From a bacterium (GTDB lineage: Bacteria > UBA8248): DNA of 64,000 bases. This document shows positions 56,318-64,000 of this stretch, piece after piece; the first letter of the stretch is position 1; every line of letters begins with the position of its first letter. The position numbers and the translations under genes were made by a program. The DNA lies in contig OZ242260.1 in assembly GCA_965207065.1 (NCBI GenBank), forward strand, positions 4,128,001-4,192,000, read 5' to 3'. The notes under the pieces are model-generated. The model did no database searches, had not been told where the DNA came from, and saw only the letters and a program-made list of their open reading frames with translations.

Positions 56318-57445
56318 TCAAACGCCGCTTTTCGCTTCCTCCAGGGTAGCGACGTTCCTCGGGTGCGCATTGCGGCGGCGCTTGTCGACGCGGATTTGCA
56401 GGCGCGCTGCATCGGTGGGACTCAGGCCCGCTTCCTTCAGTTCGCTCCGGCTGAACCCCTTACCGGGCCGCCAGTTCCCACGGCCATCTCTTACGAGAGG
56501 GAGGTATCCGTTATCCGAGGGCTCTTCCGGCTGCACCAGAGGCGCTTCGGCGGCCACCGGGCCAGCCTCCTGCGCGCGCTCTTCGGGGATATCCGGTTCA
56601 GGTGTTGTCGCCTCCACGGCGCTTTCGGCTACCTCCGAGACGGCTTCTTCGTTTTCGAGTGGTAGTTCTTCCTTATCCGGCGACTCTTCCGGCGAGGCTT
56701 CCGATTCCGTCTCGGTCAGCGTCTCGAGATCGAGTCCATCTTCCTCATACGGCGCTGCATCACTCTGCGGCAACGGCTCATGCGGCGAGACATCCTTGAC
56801 CGGCGCCTCCGGGGGTTCCTCGGCCCCCTGAACGATATCGTCCATGGCTTCCGGATCACTCTCTTGAGGAGTTTCCGTCTCGGGCGGGGAAGTCTCAACA
56901 ACGCTTTCGAGCTGGAGTTCTTCAACTTCCTGAACAGGATCGTCCGCAGCTTCCGGATCGATTGCTTGAGAGAATCCCGGCTCGGGCGCAGACGCTTCCG
57001 CTACACTTTCCGCTGCGACTGAGAGTGCTCCATCATCTTGCTCAGACGTCTCCGCCTCACCCGGCGACGCTTCTGATTCCGTTTCGGTCAGCGAATCGAG
57101 TTCGAGGCCATATTCCTCGAACGGAGCGGCTTCAAGAGATGGTTCCGGCGCATCCGGCGTCTCATCCGAGACCGGCGCCGTCAATGATTCCAGGGCGGGG
57201 GCAGGACCGCTATCACCAGCGTCCGCTCCGTTTGCCGAATCCATGCGCGGCGGCTCATCGGCAGCCAGCAGTTCCAATTCTTGATGAGAGTCATAGCCGC
57301 TGTCCTCCGTATCTCCCGCCGTATAGGGAACTCCCGGCTCGATGGCCGAAGGAGGCGGAATTTCGTAAGTTTCTTCTTCCGGCTCGGCAGAGGTGGAACC
57401 CTTGCGACGCGTCATACGGCTCAAAAAATTTTTTCTCATGATCAT
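56318..57445 (-). CDS. Acidic low-complexity protein with C-terminal ribosomal protein L13e (eL13)-like domain
   Basis: C-terminal RPGKGFSRSELKEAGLS...RLQIRVDKRRRNAHPRNVATL resembles archaeal L13e; Glu/Pro/Ala-rich N-terminus with a 124-aa-period duplication. Confidence 0.75.
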   Translation of the reverse strand: MIMRKNFLSRMTRRKGSTSAEPEEETYEIPPPSAIEPGVPYTAGDTEDSGYDSHQELELLAADEPPRMDSANGADAGDSGPAPALESLTAPVSDETPDAPEPSLEAAPFEEYGLELDSLTETESEASPGEAETSEQDDGALSVAAESVAEASAPEPGFSQAIDPEAADDPVQEVEELQLESVVETSPPETETPQESDPEAMDDIVQGAEEPPEAPVKDVSPHEPLPQSDAAPYEEDGLDLETLTETESEASPEESPDKEELPLENEEAVSEVAESAVEATTPEPDIPEERAQEAGPVAAEAPLVQPEEPSDNGYLPLVRDGRGNWRPGKGFSRSELKEAGLSPTDAARLQIRVDKRRRNAHPRNVATLEEAKSGV

Positions 57446-57660
57446 GCCGCCCTCTTTGAGGTCAAAACCCGTTACGTGGAAAAATTAACGTCCAGATATT
57501 GCAGGGGCGGTAAAAGATGGGAGCAAACCAACATTTTCAGACTAGCGATTCCAAAGACTTTGTGTCAAGCGGCGCGCGTGTGCAGATGGGCCAGGGCGAC
57601 CACACAAAAGGGGAATCAGCGGAGACCGAGCGAGCATCACTTGTTCAAACCGAATACGGG

Positions 57661-57978
57661 CTACACATCCTTTTGATAGATCGTTTGCAGGTCTCGCTCG
57701 AGATCTTCGAGGTCGTATTGCACCGGCGTTTTGCGGGTGCGCGCATAGTCCATCATTTCCCACAGGGAAACCCCCGCATCGCGGGCGGCCCGCGCGAGGG
57801 TCACCTTCCCGTCCCCGTACAGGCGGGCGTAGTGCTCCAGCTTCCACTGACGGACTGCGCTCGACAGCAGCTTTCGCAGGGTGGTCGACCGGTCGGACTG
57901 CTCCACGTTCTCGATGAGTTCCAGTTCGCGGATCAATTCCAGGGGAAGCCTCGCACCCACCATTCGTTCTTTTTTCAT
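57661..57978 (-). CDS. UPF0175 family antitoxin with N-terminal RHH-like segment
   Basis: VGARLP...DRSTTLRKLL and LYGDGKVTLARAARDAGVSLWEM; ATG overlaps the PIN gene TGA. Confidence 0.8.
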   Translation of the reverse strand: MKKERMVGARLPLELIRELELIENVEQSDRSTTLRKLLSSAVRQWKLEHYARLYGDGKVTLARAARDAGVSLWEMMDYARTRKTPVQYDLEDLERDLQTIYQKDV

Positions 57979-58490
57979 CTCTTCCCCTCTCGTGCAATTC
58001 TCAGAACTTCCGCCACCACGGACGGGGAAAGCCACAAAAATTGAGTGATATCCTGAACCGTGACTTCCAGTTTCTCCAGGTCGAGATGTCCACGCATGTA
58101 CGCTTCCAACAATGCGCCGATGGTGCCCAAGTGTTCAATTCCCGCAGCGGCGGCCACGCTGCGTGCTTCTTTGTCATCAACGAGCAGATGCAAGCTTCGC
58201 ACACTCGCAAGCGCGATGGATTCAGTCTCCCCTTGATCAAGCCGGGAACGAGCACCTAGTTGCTGCAACAGGTTCTGCTCTTCAGAAGTCAAACAAACCG
58301 TCTGCAGCCAACCATCTTCCATTGCGGCTTCGAGCTGCTCCACACCCAAGGCGCGAACAACCTTGCCGGCATCGATTGTTTCCTCCTTCACTACAGGCCC
58401 TATCAACACCTCATCGTAGAGTTCTTTCAAGAGCCTCAGCCGACCAACCTTGGCAAATACGATCAAAGGGGAGGCATCGGCTACGATCAT
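57975..58490 (-). CDS. DUF3368 PIN-domain (VapC-like) toxin
   Basis: IVADASPLI, LDQGETESIALA, LLVDDKEAR and GTIGAL motifs. Confidence 0.85.
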   Translation of the reverse strand: MIVADASPLIVFAKVGRLRLLKELYDEVLIGPVVKEETIDAGKVVRALGVEQLEAAMEDGWLQTVCLTSEEQNLLQQLGARSRLDQGETESIALASVRSLHLLVDDKEARSVAAAAGIEHLGTIGALLEAYMRGHLDLEKLEVTVQDITQFLWLSPSVVAEVLRIAREGKR

Positions 58491-58615
58491 TCTCCCTCCT
58501 GAAGGACATCACACCAAGTCATTGCAATATGATAACAAATTATACTTTTGTTTACAATATGGCTGCACACGTCCCATCCTGCCTGCTGCTCAGCAAAGCG
58601 ACTGCTCTCTCCTTC

Positions 58616-59377
58616 TCATCCCACCTCACCCGCGAGTTCCTCGGCGGTTTTGATGATGAGTTCGATGTCCGCATCCCGCGAGAGACGGTGGCCGCCGTCC
58701 TTGACGAGGGTCAGGCGAACGTCGTCGCCTTTCAAGGCCCTCGCCAATTTCAGGGAAACCTCCCAGGAGACGGTCTCATCGGCCATTCCGTGGATGAGGC
58801 GCACCGGGCATGTCACATCGATCTCGCCGCGCAGGAGCAGGTGGTTGTCCCCCTCATCGAGCAGCTTTTTGGTGACGCGGTACGGCTCCTCCCAGATGTT
58901 GGGCGCGTGCATGACGAATCCGCGCTCGTCGAGTTCTCTCCGCATCTGCTCGGTGAGCCTGTGCTTCTTGAAGCCCGCCGTGAAATCAGGGCCCGACGCT
59001 ATGCCCACCAGGCCCTTCACGCGTTCGGGTCGGGCGAGTGCGGCGAGCAGCATCATCCAACCGCCCATGCTGGAACCCACGAGCACCTGGGGACCCTGCG
59101 CGACTTCGTCCAGCACCGCGAGGGCGTCCCCCGCCCATTCGCCGATGGTTCCGTCCTCGAAATTACCCGAGGATTCCCCGTGTCCGCCGTAATCGAAGCG
59201 GACGTAGGCGCGGCCCACTTTCCGGCAATGGGCTTCGAGCGCGCTCGCCTTCGTCCCGCTCATGTCCGAACGGAACCCGCCCAGGAACATCAGGCCGGGC
59301 GATTCGCCTTCCAGACGGAACCAGGCGAGCGAAGTCCCGTTCTCCCTGTGCAGAAACTTTGATGCGGAGTCGGACAT
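58616..59377 (-). CDS. Alpha/beta hydrolase (ABHD10-like)
   Basis: GGFRSDMSGTKA, DYGGHGES, GSSMGG and GGHRLS motifs. Confidence 0.9.
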   Translation of the reverse strand: MSDSASKFLHRENGTSLAWFRLEGESPGLMFLGGFRSDMSGTKASALEAHCRKVGRAYVRFDYGGHGESSGNFEDGTIGEWAGDALAVLDEVAQGPQVLVGSSMGGWMMLLAALARPERVKGLVGIASGPDFTAGFKKHRLTEQMRRELDERGFVMHAPNIWEEPYRVTKKLLDEGDNHLLLRGEIDVTCPVRLIHGMADETVSWEVSLKLARALKGDDVRLTLVKDGGHRLSRDADIELIIKTAEELAGEVG

Positions 59378-59384
59378 TTTCGTT

Positions 59385-59918
59385 TCAGGATGAATTGTTG
59401 AGATGTTCGAGCAACTGCGCGGCGACGCCGCGGACGGCGGCTTCCGCTTCCTCGTCCACGCAACGCCCATCCTCGTCGAAGACGTTGTGGACGCTCCCGA
59501 CCGAGGCCTGGCCGGGCAGAACCTCTCCGCCGATGTGGGTGAGAATCTGTCTCAGGTGCGCGAGGGCGTTGTCCGCACCCGGCCCCATCGCCACGCCGAA
59601 TATGGCGATGGTCTTCCCCTCGAAGGTGGAGGGATAGCCCAGGTTGTCGATCGCCAGCTTGAGCGTGCTGCTGATGCTGCCGTGGTACTCGGGCGTCGCG
59701 ATGAGGATGCCCGCCGCCTCCGTGACGAGTTGCTTGAGCATATCGGGGTCTTTCGAGTCGCTCGGCTGCCCGGGCAGGGGGAGATCGAGTTCGCCCAAGT
59801 GGATGCGGTTGATCTCGAAACCACCCTTTCCCAACTCATCGAGCGCGAGCGCAAGGGCTTTATCGGTATTGTTTTGCGGCCGGCGGCTGCCGCCGAAGAC
59901 GAGTATATAGGGGGTCAT
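59385..59918 (-). CDS. NAD(P)H-dependent FMN reductase
   Basis: GGSRRP and ATPEYHGSISSTLKLAID motifs; downstream of the LLM gene. Confidence 0.9.
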   Translation of the reverse strand: MTPYILVFGGSRRPQNNTDKALALALDELGKGGFEINRIHLGELDLPLPGQPSDSKDPDMLKQLVTEAAGILIATPEYHGSISSTLKLAIDNLGYPSTFEGKTIAIFGVAMGPGADNALAHLRQILTHIGGEVLPGQASVGSVHNVFDEDGRCVDEEAEAAVRGVAAQLLEHLNNSS

Positions 59919-59933
59919 TTCAGGGTTTTTCGA

Positions 59934-61040
59934 TTACGCAGCGACGCCGGCGGGCTCGGGCAGTATGACGGGATTGGTGTCCTTGAGAAGCGGCAGGACC
60001 TCCCTGCCGAAAATTTCCGCTTCTTCCTTGTGCGGCCACCCGTTCATGATGAAGTGCCGCACGCCCGCGTCGTAATACTCGCGGATGACGCTCGCCACCA
60101 TGTCCGGCGTGCCGACGAACATCGTTCCCGCGCCGCCGCGCACCTTGTTCACGCCCATCCAGATGGTATCGGTGAGCCAGAGGTTTCCGCGCGAACCCAT
60201 CTCGTTGATGCGCATCTGGCCGGTGGATTCGGTGTTGTTCTTCATGTCGCTCCAGGTGCCCGTGTTCGAGATGTCGCTCTTGTCGATGAGCGCCTCGGCG
60301 GCGCGCACCGCCTCTTCCCTCGTCTCGCGCACGCAGACCAGATGACGGATGCCGTAGCTCAGCGGACGCTCGCGCTCATAGGCCTGCGACTCGCGCTTTC
60401 CCTCCTCGATGTCTTTCCCGACGACTTCGGGTTCTGCCGCGTACATGACATGCACGTCGCCATGCTCCCAAGCCACGCGCTTGCCCGGGTCGGAACTGCC
60501 CGCCAGGAATATCGGGGGATTCGGCTTCGTCACCCGCTCGGGGAAGATGCCCGCGTTCTCGATTTCGAAGAATTTTCCCTTGTAGTCCAGCGGGCCGTCC
60601 GCGTTCCAGAGCTTGCGCACCACGTCCAAGAACTCGCCCGTGCGCGCGTAGCGATCGTCATGCGGCATGAAATCCCCGTATCTTTTCTGATCCACGGGCG
60701 TGCTGCCCGTTACCACGTTCAGGGTGCATCGCCCGCCGGTCAGGTAATCGAGGCTGTTCGCCTGCTGCGCCGCGTAGACCGGGCCGGTGATCCCGGGCCG
60801 GAAGGCCACGAGGAACCTGATCTTCTTCGTCCGGCTCGAAATCGCGCCCGCGGCCGTCCAGGCGTCGATGCAGTGCGTGCCGCACGGCACGAGGATGTTG
60901 GCGAAACCCGCCTCCTCGGCCGCCGTCGTGACTTCTGCAAGATAACCCAGGGTGGCGGGGCGATCGGGCGTCTTCTGGTTCACCTGCGTCCCGTCTCCCG
61001 CCCGGTGGGAGCAAAGTGCCCAGATATATTCGGTGGACAT
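59934..61040 (-). CDS. LLM-class flavin-dependent monooxygenase (SsuD-like)
   Basis: AAEEAGF, FLVAFRPG, LNVVTG, HDDRYARTGEF, AGSS and VGTPDMVA motifs. Confidence 0.85.
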   Translation of the reverse strand: MSTEYIWALCSHRAGDGTQVNQKTPDRPATLGYLAEVTTAAEEAGFANILVPCGTHCIDAWTAAGAISSRTKKIRFLVAFRPGITGPVYAAQQANSLDYLTGGRCTLNVVTGSTPVDQKRYGDFMPHDDRYARTGEFLDVVRKLWNADGPLDYKGKFFEIENAGIFPERVTKPNPPIFLAGSSDPGKRVAWEHGDVHVMYAAEPEVVGKDIEEGKRESQAYERERPLSYGIRHLVCVRETREEAVRAAEALIDKSDISNTGTWSDMKNNTESTGQMRINEMGSRGNLWLTDTIWMGVNKVRGGAGTMFVGTPDMVASVIREYYDAGVRHFIMNGWPHKEEAEIFGREVLPLLKDTNPVILPEPAGVAA

Positions 61041-61274
61041 CTCTCGTCTCCTCGGCGCCTCCCACACCTGCGGGGTGCGCACATGGGAAGAAGTCCAAAA
61101 ACCTCATCCGGAACAAGTTCAACAAGATAATGCCAACGCCATCATGAATCAAGCCCGTAAACCGGCTCCGAGGCGGGGCTGTTGAAAAAGCTCCTTCTCG
61201 ATCGCAATTCACCTCCACCAGCTCAGTTGCGAGTTTCGCACTTGAACGGTATTGCCAACCGAAAGAGAGAAGAG

Positions 61275-61573
61275 AACCACTCCCCCCTTGAGGGTCGGGC
61301 ATCCCGAGGGGAATACCCGATGAAAAAGCCCCGAGGAGCGATTTTAGTTGCGAGGATGCTTTTGAAGTTCACTCCCCCCTTGAGGGTCGGTCTTTCCTCA
61401 TCGGGAAGACCGACAGTGAACTGAGGGCGTAAGCCCGAAAGTGAACTGGTGGGGGGTATAATTCGAAATGGCAATAAAACGCGTTTTACCCCCCACCGAT
61501 TCAGCCTTCGCAAATATCGCTCGGCTTCATCGTCGGTCTTCCCCGAGGGAGACCGACCCTCAAGGGGGGAGTG
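61275..61573. repeat. Long palindromic intergenic repeat element plus partial copy
   Basis: CACTCCCCCCTTGAGGGTCGGTCT (61370) ... AGACCGACCCTCAAGGGGGGAGTG (ends 61573); partial left arm at 61275-61298. Confidence 0.7.
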
Positions 61574-61647
61574 GTTGGTTGGCGCTCTGCAGAGAAGGAG
61601 TAAAGTTACATCCTTCCCTGATCGTCTCTAGACGTCGAATCATCTAT

Positions 61648-62238
61648 TCAGGGCGCTTTCTCCAGAACGACCATGTAGCGGCGCTCGCGCCTGCGCTCGA
61701 CGATGACGTTGCGGCGCTCCATCCCGTGCCCCGGCAGGCGCAGCCACATAGAATACTCGCCCGGGGCGAGGTCCGTCACCTCGATCGCCGGGGAGGCTTT
61801 GCCGTAATACCGGCTCCCGATGAAGACCTCCGCGCCCGGCGGGTCCGAGCGGACAACGAGGCGGCCGGCGCCGTCTTTCGCCAGTCTAATCTCGATGGGC
61901 GTCTTCTTCGTACGCACGTCGACTTCGACAACCTGGCCGACGTAGCCCGGGAACTCCACCCGAATCGAATGACGCCCGTAGTCCACGCCCTTGATCTCGA
62001 CGGGCCTGAGTCTATAGGTCTCTCCCCGCGGATTTCCGTTAAAGATGACGAAGGCGCCCTCGGGCTTGCTCGTCACGACGATTTCGCCCTTGCCGCTGCG
62101 CGGGGCTTCGGCGGCTTTTTTCCCCCGAGCGCACCCCGCACCCGACGCCAGGGTGAAAATGGCGAACAAAACGAGAATTGAATGGAAAAAGCGCTTCGGC
62201 GGCCAAATTGAAGCGAATAATTTGTATTGCATGCTCAT
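61648..62238 (-). CDS. PEGA domain protein, possible lipoprotein
   Basis: Two PEGA repeats (VTSKPEGAFVIFNG; VRSDPPGAEVFIG) after a hydrophobic segment ending in AGC. Confidence 0.8.
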   Translation of the reverse strand: MSMQYKLFASIWPPKRFFHSILVLFAIFTLASGAGCARGKKAAEAPRSGKGEIVVTSKPEGAFVIFNGNPRGETYRLRPVEIKGVDYGRHSIRVEFPGYVGQVVEVDVRTKKTPIEIRLAKDGAGRLVVRSDPPGAEVFIGSRYYGKASPAIEVTDLAPGEYSMWLRLPGHGMERRNVIVERRRERRYMVVLEKAP

Positions 62239-62404
62239 CCCTCCTGTCGCGCGAGTCCTGAGCCATCGTGCAATTTACCTTGTTTGGCGCATGAGGGGAA
62301 GCCGCCTCCATGGATAACCCTTCGTGCGCTTGCCGATTGCCCGCCCATGAGGAATGATGCGCATGGATTCCACAAAACTTACATCCAAGGGAGAAGATTT
62401 CAAG

Positions 62405-64000
62405 ATGCGAGGCCACCTGAGAGGACTGACGAACTATGGCGATCCGGGCTTCAGCGTTTTCGCAAGAGGCGCTTACGCACGGGGGTTCGGCCTGACGAAA
62501 GAGGACCTGGATAAGCCCATCATCGGCATCGCCCAGACCTGGAGCGAACTCAACCCGTGCCATCGCCATTTGCGGGAGATCGCCGAGGCCGTGAAGCGCG
62601 GCGTCTGGCAGACGGGCGGCCTGCCGCTGGAATTTCCCACCATCTCCCTGGGCGAGATGTACTTGAACCCCACGGCCATGTTCTTCAGGAACCTCCTCTC
62701 GATGGATACCGAGGAGATGATCAAGGGCCAGCCCATGGACGGCGTGGTGCTGCTCGGCGGCTGCGACAAGACCCTGCCTGCACAGCTCATGGGCGCGGCA
62801 AGTGCTGGGATTCCCGCCATCTGCGTGACGGCGGGGCCGATGATCGGCGGACGCTTCGAGGACAAGGTGCTGGGCGCGTGTTCGGACTGCCGCGGCACGT
62901 GGGCCGAATACCGGGCGGGCAACTACGACGACGAGCGGCTCGAAGAAGTCCAGGGATCGCTCTTCCCATCCACGGGAACCTGCATGGTGATGGGAACGGC
63001 GAGCACGATGGCGTCGCTCACCGAGGCAATGGGCATGATGCTGCCCGGACTCGCGGCTGTTCCGGCGGTGAACTCGAACCGAATCCGCCTCGCAGAGTAT
63101 AGCGGGCGGCGCATCGTCGACCTGATCGAGAAGGACATCACGCCCGACAAGATCATCACGCGCAAGGCGTTCGAAAACGCCATCCGCGTGCTCATGGCCG
63201 TGGGCGGTTCGACGAACGCCGTCGTCCACCTGCCGGCCATCGCCGGACGGCTGGGGATTGACCTTCCGCTTTCGCTGTTCGATGACATCTCACGCACCAC
63301 GCCCATGATCGGCAACATCCGGCCATCGGGCAAGAAATACCTGATGGAAGACCTGGCGGCGGCGGGCGGCATCCCCGTGGTGATGAAAGAACTTGAACCC
63401 CTCCTCCACGGGGACTGCCTGACGGTGACGGGAGAGACCGTGACCGAGAACCTCAGTAAAGTCCAAGGGGCGCAGCCCTGGCAGGACGTCATCTACACGC
63501 GGGAGAAACCGATTTCGGAAGAAGGCGGCCTCGTCATCGTGAAAGGCTCGCTCGCGCCCGATGGAGCGGTCATCAAGATATCGGCGGCAAACTCCGACCT
63601 GCTGACGCACACGGGGCCTGCGGTCGTATTCTCATCCCAGCAGGACCTCGTCGAGCGGATCGACGACCCCGACCTCCCCGCCACGGCGGAGAGCGTATTC
63701 GTGCTCCAGAACACAGGCCCCATCGGCGCGCCCGGCTTCCCGGAGGCAGGCTCCATGCCCCTTCCCAAGAAGCTGCTCGAAGCGGGCGTGCGCGACGTGG
63801 TGCGCGTATCGGACGCGCGCATGAGCGGAACGGCGTCGGGGACCATCGTCCTGCACGTGGCGCCCGAGGCGGCGGCGGGCGGCCCACTCGCCCTGGTCCG
63901 GGACGGGGACATGATCACCCTGGACGTTACCAACCGAAGGCTCGACCTGAACGTCCCCGAAGAAGAACTCACACGCCGCCGCGCCTCTTTAGAGACGCTC
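62405..64000 (+). CDS. IlvD/Edd family dehydratase (sugar-acid dehydratase-like), 3'-partial
   Basis: Not in ORF track because it runs off the window; MRGHLRGLTNYGD...NPCHRHL...GGCDKT...GTCMVMGTASTM...GGSTNAVVH...SDARMSGT. Confidence 0.9.
   Translation, partial: MRGHLRGLTNYGDPGFSVFARGAYARGFGLTKEDLDKPIIGIAQTWSELNPCHRHLREIAEAVKRGVWQTGGLPLEFPTISLGEMYLNPTAMFFRNLLSMDTEEMIKGQPMDGVVLLGGCDKTLPAQLMGAASAGIPAICVTAGPMIGGRFEDKVLGACSDCRGTWAEYRAGNYDDERLEEVQGSLFPSTGTCMVMGTASTMASLTEAMGMMLPGLAAVPAVNSNRIRLAEYSGRRIVDLIEKDITPDKIITRKAFENAIRVLMAVGGSTNAVVHLPAIAGRLGIDLPLSLFDDISRTTPMIGNIRPSGKKYLMEDLAAAGGIPVVMKELEPLLHGDCLTVTGETVTENLSKVQGAQPWQDVIYTREKPISEEGGLVIVKGSLAPDGAVIKISAANSDLLTHTGPAVVFSSQQDLVERIDDPDLPATAESVFVLQNTGPIGAPGFPEAGSMPLPKKLLEAGVRDVVRVSDARMSGTASGTIVLHVAPEAAAGGPLALVRDGDMITLDVTNRRLDLNVPEEELTRRRASLETL

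Noticed and set aside
55360-58620. Intact integrative element at tRNA-Asn
   Set aside because: No integrase, and I found no duplicated tRNA 3' end (attR) by eye
1-64000. Genome-wide UGA reassignment (genetic code 4 or 25) as the explanation for in-frame TGAs
   Set aside because: Many complete genes end at TGA, often in ATGA/GTGA overlaps, Trp is encoded by TGG, and the four internal TGAs fall only on catalytic Cys positions

Overview
Gene-dense, mostly GC-rich bacterial chromosomal window with about 65 CDS and two tRNAs (Val-CAC, Asn-GTT). It is mainly housekeeping and metabolic (ilvD, metX, priA, queC, hpnE, a TRAP transporter, many oxidoreductases and hydrolases). The main signal the ORF track misses is four genes split or truncated by an in-frame TGA that falls exactly on the catalytic Cys position of a redox fold, each followed by a SECIS-like hairpin. 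These are probable selenoproteins: a DUF442/Blh-like phosphatase-fold sulfurtransferase (HUKGVGR), two DsbA-family proteins (UPFC and UPWA) and an exported DipZ/TlpA-like thioredoxin (UINC). The Sec-thioredoxin heads a translationally coupled four-gene operon with a cytochrome b, a small membrane protein and a Tat-exported sulfite-oxidase-family molybdoenzyme. Other oddities: an archaeal/eukaryotic-type ribosomal protein L13e (eL13)-like domain on a long acidic repetitive protein between two toxin-antitoxin pairs next to tRNA-Asn; a single-ORF Nudix-HpnC-HpnD fusion; a MetX-NIL fusion; three tandem formamidase paralogues; two AT-rich islets (PIN protein, PD-(D/E)XK-like nuclease); and a MITE/REP-like repeat family. 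All family calls come from motif recognition by eye; no database searches were run.
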